A stretch of DNA of 64,000 nucleotides from Octopus sinensis (taxonomy: Eukaryota): positions 130,448,001 through 130,512,000 of the forward strand of contig NC_042998.1 of assembly GCF_006345805.1 (NCBI RefSeq). The letters are read 5' to 3'. Under the pieces are notes generated by a model, which was not told the origin of the DNA, ran no database searches, and worked only from the letters and a program-made list of their open reading frames with translations. Made by a program: the position numbers and the translations under genes. This document shows positions 53,231 to 64,000 of the stretch, piece by piece; the first letter of the stretch is position 1, and the number at the start of each line of letters is the position of its first letter.

Positions 53231-54536
53231 ATAATAATAACTTACAAATTACCAGCAGGGGACAGCTGGTTTTATAGAGAGGAAGCTTTCTTTGGTATTG
53301 ATCGCCAAACTTCCTACAAATGGTGTCTCGAGAAAAAAACACTGGAAATTGCACACAGCCTTGCATACACTGCAATCTCAAAAAGTGTAATGGAAAATTA
53401 TTTTTTACCACATAAGCAGAAATAATAGTATGAGCGATAATGGAATTAATCCTGAAGGTATAGTGCCCGGTACGAATTATGTGAAATGGTAGATATATTT
53501 GTGACATCATCTTGAGACTGACATATTTAATGAAAACATGCTGTATGAAAAAACTAAGCAAGCTAGTGATGAAATTCTATAACCTGAGCAAGCTAACAAG
53601 GAAAGTTTTTAGGAAGCATTGGAAATAAAGAAGAATGGAATGCTTTCCGAACTGGAAATTTAAGTAATTTTGTGAGACATAAGAAGTAGTTGAAATGATA
53701 ATATTCCAAATGAATCATAAGATAATTCTAATAGTATAGCACAAGGTACTGATGTAGTATAAATGAGTGGGTGCAGTAGATAAAACAGGGAACAAATCAT
53801 CCACAGAATATATGAAAGCAACTTCAAAAGGAACAAAATCAGCTATGGAGAAAATCCTGGGTGATATGCAAAACAGAACCCAAAATAATCCTCCTAACAT
53901 AAGACATGGATGAACAGAAGGGAAACGAGAAAGCTAAACAAATATATTTAATTATTTACTATATGCATGTTAAAGTTTTTCAAAACACTAGCAATGAAAT
54001 AGAGCGATTGCTTAAATAGTAACCAAAGAGTTAAAAATAAAATCTGTTATTATACACTGGTAAGAAGAAACCCTGGCAGAATCTAACTGTCAAAGTGTAC
54101 CTTATGATCATTAAAAGTAACTTTATTTTTCTGTACTGCATAAGAAAGGCAAACGACGAAACGAATCAATAAAAGAAGGTAAATCACAAAACAAGAGAAT
54201 AGAGAACAAACGTAAACAGTAGAGAAGAAATCCACCAATACAAAGCTTAAACTGTAGTTACAAACAGCAGTGAGGACAGGGGTTGAAAACAAAAACAAAA
54301 AGAATACTAAAATTTTAGCTGAAGCTGGGTCCAGAGAATTCTATGCTAAAGCAATATCTCGAAAACCTATTATCTAATGAAATACAACAGGATGGAAGTA
54401 GCCACAAAATATTGAAACATAATAAATAGACTGAGAAGGGCAAAATAAAAAAGAAATTTAGTGAAGTGTAATTGACTGGGGCACAGTCGAGAAAATATGA
54501 CACGTACACATACACACACATAATACATAGGTATAA

Positions 54537-54565
<29 letters not shown>

Positions 54566-54567
<2 letters not shown>

Positions 54568-54700
54568 GGGAGAGTTTACGAAAAAGACAAAAGACGGAGA
54601 CAGGTGGTGTACAAAACAAACAGATATATTAGTATAACGCTCAGGAACAGAAAAAATCTTTTACGTTTCGAGCCTACGCTCTTCTACAGAAATGGACACA
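54566..54700 (-). mobile_element. Solo pLTR of the same family as the 36.0 and 39.1 kb repeats
   Basis: GAGAGTTTAC..AAAGACG..AACAAACAGAT.TATT..ACGCTC..TCTTTTACGTTTCGAGCCTACGCTCTTC; between (CA/TA)n tracts. Confidence 0.75.
54658..54693 (-). ncRNA. Hammerhead-like motif, variant core CUGUAGA
   Basis: TTT CTGTAGA A GAGC GTAG GCTC GAAAC GTA AAA; all stems intact. Confidence 0.65.
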
Positions 54701-54709
54701 TATATGGCG

Positions 54710-54803
<94 letters not shown>

Positions 54804-54954
54804 CAATAAATGGTGGGGTTGTGTTGACCGCACGTGGAGAAATGATAAGTAAGGAAAATTGTAAAAAGGTAGAATGCTAAATTGAAAGAAAAGTTTAATG
54901 AAAATGGGTGTATGGAAAAGTTTTTGAAAAATTGATAAAATATATATATATATT

Positions 54955-54996
54955 AATTCAAACCGGTTTTCGTCATAATGTGACTTTTCAAGAATT
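54955..54996 (-). ncRNA. Minimal hammerhead ribozyme motif with a U3-A8 core
   Basis: AATTC TTGAAAA GTCA CATTA TGAC GAAA A CCGG TT T GAATT: 5-bp stem I, 4-bp stem II, palindromic AACCGGTT stem III. Confidence 0.65.
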
Positions 54997-55184
54997 GTAA
55001 AGAAAAGAATTTTTTTAAAATATGAGGAGGGGGGAAAAAAGAAAATTACATTGTTTTTTGCAAAAAAATAAAAATAAATATATACAAAAATAAAAAAATA
55101 GGTACTCCGATACATTGTAAAGTATTTGTGTATCTTGAGTTTAATGATTGTTCACGAAAAAATTACCTTGAAGTATTGAGATCC

Positions 55185-55219
<35 letters not shown>

Positions 55220-55535
55220 TATATAAGAGAATTCACTGAGGAATGCGATAATTTAGAGAAGAAGCAATTAACTTCATAGTCTAAGAATTCTATTTCTTAA
55301 TCAAGAAGAAAATGTCTTCAGGCACGTCACATTTCTGGGCATTTGTTCAAACTGAGAGGGTCCAAGTATACGCACCAAAATATTTCAGAAAAAACAAAGA
55401 TAGATAGCTAGATGGATAGATATATAAAAGGGGGGGGAGACAGAGAAAGAGAGAGATGGGGGATGAAGGAGAGAGTCTGGAAGTAGGAGAAGTAGAGAGT
55501 GATTGCGAGGTATTACCTGGTAACTCAAATATTAG

Positions 55536-55685
55536 GACGCTACAGAGACTTTTTTTTAATTTCGAAATAATCAAAAGTTTATAGCTTTGATATCTTTTTT
55601 TCCAATATTCGCAGAGATGAATTTCTACAATTCTTCGAAATCTTGAAAAGGAATTAGTTTAAAATGGTCGGAATAATATCAAAAT
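55536..55685 (+). repeat. ~150-bp direct repeat, copy 1
   Basis: Closely matches 58663-58817. Confidence 0.85.
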
Positions 55686-55824
55686 CTCACTTGAAGTAAT
55701 TATCGATACAAGCACAATATGAAGAGTACTACCAACATCTTTTGCTTACAACTACGTTACTTATGCACATGTACACACACACAGATACAGACACACACAC
55801 ACAAACATACACACATGTGCATAT

Positions 55825-55877
<53 letters not shown>

Positions 55878-55916
55878 GTGTGTGTGTGTGTGTGTATAAA
55901 TACACATTTTTATATA

Positions 55917-56417
55917 CAGTAATACCTCGCTATATTACGGTTCACCTATCGCTGTTTATCATTTAAGTTTACTTCGATTCCTCCGTGGAGTTGTTTTGCA
56001 TTTATAATAAAATAAGTATATAAAGTTATAAAACTAATTTTTAATCATCATCATCATTTAACGTCCGCTTTTTGTGCTAGCATGGGTTGGACGATTTGAC
56101 TGAGGCCTGGCGAACCAGATGGCTGCAGCAGGCTTCTACAGATGGTTGCTCTCCCTAACGCCAACTACGTCGAGATAGTAGTGGGTGCTTATACGTGCAT
56201 CCGGCATGAGGGCCAGTCAGTGGGTACTGGCAACGGCCACGCTCAAATGGTACTTTTTATGTGCAACCTGCACAGGAGCCAGTCCAGCGGCACTGGCAAC
56301 GAATTCGCTCGAATGTTTTTTCACGTGTTTACAGTACACCAGTGCTTCTACTTCGCAAATTTTCACTTATAGCGGGATTGTTGTAACGTAACACCCACGA
56401 TAGTCGATAGATTACTG
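55917..56417. mobile_element. Tigger/pogo-like MITE with a nested SINE
   Basis: Left TA|CAGTAATACCTCGCTAT, right (reverse complement) TA|CAGTAATCTATCGACTAT: imperfect CAGT-type TIRs with TA TSD; no ORF. Confidence 0.6.
56044..56345 (-). mobile_element. SINE family D (3' part) with (GAT)n tail
   Basis: Minus-strand tail CCAACCCATGCTAGCAC..GCGGACGTTAAATGATGATGATGA; internal ~55-bp imperfect tandem repeat (GCCAGTC..ACTGGCAACG..CGCTC.AATG). Confidence 0.6.
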
Positions 56418-56627
56418 TATATGCATATAAATGTGTGTATATATATGTATGTTTATATGTATATATTTATTTACAGTTATACATGCATATATCTGACAAG
56501 GTATGCATTTTAATCTAAATCAATATCAACCTATCTAAATTCACTCATAATACATAAGTACATATCCGACCACGCACACATACACATACGTGCGTGCAAA
56601 CACATACAAACACACGCATACATACAC

Positions 56628-56719
<92 letters not shown>

Positions 56720-57259
56720 TGTGTGTGTGTATATATATATATTACTTGTACGAATATGATTATGGAAATGGAGAATAATTGCTTATATGTTACAAACCAT
56801 TGCCATAGATAGCTGATGAAATTAATTTCTAATGACATAAACAGCGATACGAAAAAGGAAGTCATTATAAATGGCTTGTATCTATTAAAATATTCCTCCA
56901 TTTCTCGTTTTCGAGTTAAATTTTCAATATTCACCATTCAGAATGCGCAAGTTTATGGCTGCTACTATTTTTCTTCTTTCTGTTTCGTTTTTATTCTTCT
57001 TTTCTTGTGCAGCGTTTTCTTTTTTTTTGCTATCAAGATTCTAGAAACCATTTTGGAATCGAAATCAATTTGTTCTTAGTCAATTTGGCAACTAGATGAA
57101 TTAATTTATTTTAATAATTTCAGTAATAATGAAAGAAAATTGAATTTAAGCATTCATAAGGATTAGATGAATAAAAATAAAGAAAATAACAATCAACGTT
57201 TGAAATATAAGAACATGAATATGATTATACTAAAATTATCAAAGAATTTCTATTCTAAG

Positions 57260-57301
<42 letters not shown>

Positions 57302-57393
57302 ATATTTATATACGATATATATTCATTATCTATCTTTCTATTTATCTCTCTCCCTATATTTGTCTATTTCTATTTCTATTCATATTGTGTATG

Positions 57394-57428
<35 letters not shown>

Positions 57429-57479
57429 TATATATTATATATAATATATATATATATATATATGGTGTGTGTGTATATT

Positions 57480-57510
<31 letters not shown>

Positions 57511-57799
57511 ATATTATATATATATATATATATACATATATGTATATATATATAATTTCTTGTATATATATATATATGCGTGTGCGTATTCGTGTGCGCG
57601 CGTGTGTAAAGTATTATATATGAATTTAAAGGTAATGGTTATATAAACTCATTAGACTAATTTCCAAATTTCTTACACAATAATAATCCAATTAGTCAAA
57701 TATTCTACCCGAGAAATGTCTTTGATCAAACATTTGGGACTTCTTGATATTGCTTTTTAAAAAGATTTTTATCATTAACACTTTTCTGAAAATAATTAT

Positions 57800-57821
57800 C
57801 ATAATTATTAATATAATAATA

Positions 57822-57912
<91 letters not shown>

Positions 57913-57919
57913 GATGATG

Positions 57920-57978
<59 letters not shown>

Positions 57979-57980
57979 TA

Positions 57981-58037
<57 letters not shown>

Positions 58038-58065
58038 TTTATTATCACTATTATTATTATTTAGT
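57800..58065. repeat. (AAT)n tract joined to an (ATT)n tract (inverted trinucleotide repeat)
   Basis: Strand switch at ~57978; a similar switch occurs at ~7890. Confidence 0.9.
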
Positions 58066-58662
58066 CATGATCATGATCATCACCATCATCATCAATACTG
58101 CTTATTATAATCAAAATGATTGATATTTATTCTTTTCTTCATTTCAGAAAATATTGTAGAAATAGCTTTTTACTTGTTGTCGCTACTACTTTGCTTGCAA
58201 TCTGTTTTGGTGTAGTTATTATTGCTGATATTTATATTAATTCGACTTTGTTTACTAATATAATTGAATTTCTTTATCATCATCTTCATCATCATCATCA
58301 TCATAATCGCCAGACGCATCGTCAACATCGTCGTCTTTGTTATCATGGCCGTTTGATGCTGCTTTTCTCTCTCACCTTTTTTCTTCCGTCATTCCACTTA
58401 ATATTATTTAATCGCAGCTAATAGTCTTGTATTTAAAAAAAAAATATTTATTTCTACTTAAGTTCCCTTTTTCTCTCATTGTCGTTTCTTTTGAATTGCC
58501 TTCTTTTACGAGTTTCAATTGTTGCTGTTATATCGCTTCGTTATATTTTTCTTGGTGTTCGTCTTTAATAAGTAATGTTTTCTGCTTAAGTTTACTCATT
58601 TTCTTTCTCTTCATATCTATAATCATTTCGTTTATTTGATATCATTTTATAAGATCCTATAT

Positions 58663-58817
58663 GACGCCACAGAAAAATTTTTTATATAAATTTTGAAATA
58701 ATCAAAAGTTTCTAGCTTTGATATCTGTTTTTTCCAATATTTGCAGATATGAATTTCTGCAATTCTTCGCAATCTTGAAAAGGAATTAGTTTAAAACGGT
58801 CGAAATAATATCAAAAT
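58663..58817 (+). repeat. ~150-bp direct repeat, copy 2
   Basis: Closely matches 55536-55685. Confidence 0.85.
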
Positions 58818-58899
58818 ATGTGGCAATTTCTAAAAATTTAAACAGACGTGAGATTCCTCATATGTAGTAGTAGTAGTAGTAGTAGTAGCAGCAACAGTT

Positions 58900-58930
<31 letters not shown>

Positions 58931-58981
58931 CAGCAACAGTTGTAGTAGTAGTAGTATAGTAGTAGTAGTAGCAGCAGCAGC

Positions 58982-59012
<31 letters not shown>

Positions 59013-59339
59013 ATATAGGTTGTGTGGTGAGATTGTTGATCATATTCTTTGTTTTAGACATTGCTAACAACATAAAGATTGAAAGATTCAGGGTTACTGT
59101 ATTTGCAAATGGAAGAGGAAAAGGGTGTATTTTGTCCCAGTACTTCTATTTTTACCTTTCATCTTAAAATGATATCTCGATATTCACATACGATGCTTCA
59201 CATAAATTGAGAGAATGAAGAATAATTCAGTTAATGATTATTAAGGAGTAACTTAAGAAATACTACTTTCTGTCTGGAGAAGTCTGAAGACAAAACCGAA
59301 AACAAGACTAATAAAGTCTGAAATAACCCTAACTCTAAC

Positions 59340-59582
59340 TACTAAGTTACTGAGACATAAACTCACCAACATCGGTTGCCAAACGATCGTGGGGGACAAA
59401 CACAGATGCACAAACATACACAAACACACATATATATGACGGGCGTCTTTCAGTGTCCGTTTACCAAATCCACTTACAAGGCTTTGATCGGCCCGTGACT
59501 ATAATAGAAGACACTAGGCCAAGGTGACACGCAGTGGGAATGAGCCTGGACCATGTTGTTGGGATATAGATTCTTACCACAT
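59340..59582 (-). mobile_element. SINE family B, 5' half
   Basis: CATCGGTTGCCAAACG..GGGGACAAACAC..GACGGGCGTCTTTCAGT..AAGGTGACACGCAGTGGG matches the 34376 copy. Confidence 0.75.
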
Positions 59583-59637
59583 ACATAAAAATATTTGTAT
59601 AATGTATGTATATATATATATATATTTATTTATATAT

Positions 59638-59713
<76 letters not shown>

Positions 59714-59845
59714 ATTATTGGCCTGCTCACTTAGACAGCGGGGTGGCGTCATTTGAAGGCTAAAACAATGCGAAGCGCATTGTGACCAGTGATGTGTAGC
59801 AACATCTTATAGCCTGGTCGGTCACGGTGATCACTGTGATATATG

Positions 59846-59891
<46 letters not shown>

Positions 59892-60039
59892 TAGATAGAT
59901 ACATATATATATACACATATACATATATATATGTTTGTGTGTGTGTAAAGAAAACAGAAAACGGATAAATAGTGATGAACATCAATCTGACATCCATCAA
60001 TTTTTATTTGTTAATGCAAATAGAGTGCATCACATCTAA

Positions 60040-60683
60040 CAGCTCTTTCTGCTTCCAATGTTGTGTGATATTGCTGGTGATATGTTAAAAATACTCCATC
60101 CGAACCAGGAATTTTCTAGTTTGGAATCTTTACGGCCTGTTGTATTTATCAATTTTCTCGCTTTCTTTCTTGTCTACTCCTGGGTGAAAGAGACACACAA
60201 CGTCAAATATATAGCATATGTGTTGCACCATGTCGATCACCACCAGGTCCGGTCTTTTAAGATCTAGCACCGGATCTGTTTGGATTTGGAAATCTCAGAG
60301 GATTTTGCTAGTCTCTGACTCTGCCATTCTCTGCGTTTTGTACTCACACAACGTCTTGATTCTCTCTAACTACCACTTTTCGCAGTTTCAATGTAGCACT
60401 TTCGCTACCTGGTCGTGTGGCTATAACTTGTAGTAGTTTTGGGCAAATCTAGGGCATTCCTTCATGATATGGGCAATGGTTTCATCCACTCTATTGCAGT
60501 TGTGGCACAGTAGAGACATATTCTTATTCGTCAGTTTGACCCTCCAGTACAGGGTCCTACGCTACTAGTATAGTCCTCTCGGTCTCTTTTATTAGGGTTC
60601 CTTTCATCAGCCAATTCAACCTGTTTTCAAACAATTTCTGTTATGGCTACATGGAATTAATTCTGCTGTCCCGTCTTTCGTAA
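60040..60683 (-). mobile_element. Decayed R4/Dong C-terminal fragment
   Basis: GTLIKETERTIL, TIAHIMKECP, HDQVAKVLH, DFQIQTD..KRPDLVVID; preceded on its own strand by (AAG)n at 60684-60782. Confidence 0.8.
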
Positions 60684-61997
60684 TTCTTCTTCTTCTTCTT
60701 TTTCTTCTTCTTCTTCTTCTTCTTCTTCTTCTTCTTCTTCTTCTTCTTCTTTTCTTCTTCTTCTTCTTCTTCTTCTTCTTCAGCAGGCAGGAATGTTCTG
60801 TTGTTGTTGGCATTGTTATTTATGTTCTTCCTTTGGTTCGTAGCGTTCTTGTTATGTTACTGTTGTGTGTGTAATCTGTAGTCATGATGGATCTGTTGTT
60901 ATTTTCATTGCTACTTTTAAAGTTGTTGCTCAGAAGGGTGGGATGCCTGGTATTAATTTTCATTTCCTGAATGGGATGAGTAGACTGTGCTTGGTCTACG
61001 GATTGTATTAGTGAAAACGGTGATATGTATCAGGCCCACATTTCAATATTATTTTATATTTTTGCTAAATGTAGGGAGAATCTACTGTCCTACAAACTGT
61101 TTCATTGGGCTATCAGAAACTACTTGTAGTAGAGGCTGTGGAGGGTGCAAGGTGTTCGTGGTAGAATCGAAGTTAGAATGAGAATAGTACTTTCAGAATC
61201 AAGGAGGAAGCATAATCAGCTAAATAAAAACTGTATGGTTGGGAGAAGCCATATAAATATAAAGGAAAATAAAATAGATAACTGCATCGCAGTATTTCAA
61301 AGAAATACGGCTTCCAGTTTTAAGAAGTGATTTACATCGTGTTCTCTACTCGGCAAAGAACTGAGAATTGACTGGATCAGGAAGTGATGCCTAAATCATA
61401 ACAAATATTAACACCACCACCACCACAACCATCATCATCATCATTAACATCGTCTCGAAGATAACATTTTGCATGTGTTTGTGCAACATTTAGCAGGTTT
61501 AGTGCAATAATATCTAAATGAAAATGACCATCTCTAGACCAAAAACCCGATATCTGTTCTAATATAAGGAATATTTAGTTATTTATTCGGATAGATATAC
61601 TAACATCTAGAGAATTATAATAGAAAATAATATTATCATTAACGACATTGTATACAATTATAGAAGCGACTATTTCAAGTCAGTGATGGCGTCATTTTGA
61701 TGAATTCTTCTCGTACCACACGTCAACTATATATATTTTCCTACTTTTTTTCTATATGTGTATATTCGTTACATTCTCTCGATCAATGGTTAAATATTCT
61801 CGGAAATACTTAAACATTTCTATCGACAATTATTCTATTATTATTCACAGAGAATATTATGTTTGTATATATAAGTATGGGCATATAACTATGCATGTAT
61901 TTATGTCTTCATATATACATCTACGTAAGATTGTAGGTAAGTATATAAATACACAAAGAAGTATATCATGTATACATATATATAACTTGTGTATAGA

Positions 61998-62046
<49 letters not shown>

Positions 62047-62312
62047 GCGTGTGCTTATGCGTTTATGTATATCGGTGTGTTTTTTCTTAAGCAACCTTCT
62101 ACACTAACATATATACATATTCTCCCTTTGGCATTCATAAACTGAATATTCTGTCTTGTTCATTTTTACTCACTGTACATACACAGTTGCACACGTATAC
62201 TCACGTGTATATATGTAAATTGTAAATATATAAACGTATGCATAATCATACATATACATATACATACATGCATCTATCTATCTATCAATCTATTTATCTA
62301 CCTATCTAACTA

Positions 62313-62395
<83 letters not shown>

Positions 62396-63735
62396 AGCAC
62401 ATATATATATATACATGCATACATATATTATATGTGTGTGTGTGTGTGTATGTGAGTGTGTGTGTGTGTGTGTGTTTGTGAATTTTATCTCTAGTACTCA
62501 CTAGACAATCGAAAATCTAAAACACAAGTAAATTAATGCAACAATGATAACTTCTAGGAGAAAACGTGTGTATTTTTATAATCTCAACATTTAGTGAAAA
62601 AAATTTTTGGATATGACATTTCGCATGAAAAATAGAGTAGAACATTGTTGATTTCTTACGACACATAAAAGGTCAATCCTTGTCGGCAAAGTGTTCTAGT
62701 AACTTTATTCCATAATAATATTAGTACAATTCATTTTATTCTCTGTGAGAGAAAGTAAAATTTTCTTCTGATTGTCATATTTAAATTATGCCTCTGGGGA
62801 TCTGTTTTTTATTCTTTTAATCCGTGATAACGTGTGTCTTTCTCTCTGAAGTTTGAAAGGCAGTAAAATTTTGAAGACCGCATTTGTAGCTTATATTTAT
62901 ATGAATAATGTTATATTTCTGCAGCAATGTCTAAGCATAGCTGTGTAGTAAACCGCTTTCGCCCAAATTAATTGAATAACGATTTTATCATATTTCTATC
63001 TAATTTACTTAATTTCTAAATCCAGAGTTGTATTTTTTTTTGAAAATACAATATTAAATAAGGTCTGCTGATTGGTTATTTTCCCTCTTATTGTTATCGG
63101 TAAGATCAGTCTCATTTTTTGCGATTAAAACATATATTCATCGGAAGATTAACTACAACACACGAATTTCATTTAAAATTAATTTAATTTTAATACTTGG
63201 TTTAAACACGAACTGAAAGAACTAAATCATTATCACTATGATTGATGTTTAAAATATATTTTTGAAAATAGAAAAGTTATACTTATTAAATACAAGATTG
63301 TTATAACTAAATTATCTATTGTCATCTAGAATATCTTAGATTTAAGATTTAATCACGTATATATAGAAATATTTAAAGCATTTCCAGAAATAATTAATGT
63401 TCAGATGATAGCTCCATATATCTGATGGATTCACTCAGTATATAGAGCTTTTGCATTGGTCTTTATATCAGCATTGCAAAAAATACGGAAACTAAATTAT
63501 TTAGGGAAAACTTAAAAGGAGGCTCAAGTTGATGGTTAATTACTACACATATTTTAAATTTAAATATGGACATGCCTTGACAGATTGAAGTTCGAATTTA
63601 GTTTGGATTATGGGTAACATAAAATCGTTTTAATTTAAGGTAATGTCTGGTAGGTTAGCAACTTAATTATTGTAATTAGTTTTTAATTAATACTTTTTTG
63701 AAAAATAGGCGATTGTTATCCTCAATATGACTTAC

Positions 63736-63794
63736 AGTTAAAATTAAAGCTCCTCGAAACTGTAGGCCACCATCTTTATATAGACCTTCTTCCA
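63736..63794 (-). CDS. Candidate 59-nt host exon (xEEGLYKDGGLQFRGALILT), gene unknown
   Basis: Acceptor CTTTTTCTTTAG, donor GTAAGT, open frame, in non-repetitive AT-rich DNA; no homology recognised. Confidence 0.3.
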
Positions 63795-64000
63795 CTAAAG
63801 AAAAAGTGTTCTAAATTGACATTTTGTAACAAACCAGAAAGTGCTGCTCTCTGTAGAATCGTGTGCAACGATAATAACATTGTTATTTAGCGTTTAGTGG
63901 GAGCAGACAATTTCAGGACACAGTTTGAATATTCCATATTAAATTTGCAAAAGACAATCAATATATGCAAAAAACAGGAAGAAGTAGATAAATAAATGCG

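Overview
AT-rich, microsatellite-dense eukaryotic genomic DNA, probably a cephalopod (octopus-like, inferred from the SINE families; not proven). Most ORF-track entries are microsatellite artefacts, and no host gene can be called with confidence. The window is mostly transposons: an RTE LINE remnant; eight R4/Dong-type RLE non-LTR pieces, most abutting (AAT)n, one young with an open 560-codon RT-CCHC-RLE frame; three near-full mariner-family elements in TA-rich microsatellites (two DD34D, one DD41D/rosa); three Penelope-like elements (PLEs) plus solo pLTRs; several SINE families, three with tRNA-like heads; a Tigger-like MITE; and a 100-N gap. The most notable signals are: (1) a cluster of minimal, dimer-type hammerhead ribozyme motifs in PLE termini with three different cores (canonical, family-wide A6U, compensatory U3-A8); (2) a SINE and a LINE sharing a 3' tail and occupying the (ATT)n strand while Dong occupies the (AAT)n strand; (3) an inverted Penelope whose 3' region carries a tRNA-like box pair and an (AAT)n tract hit by a young Dong.
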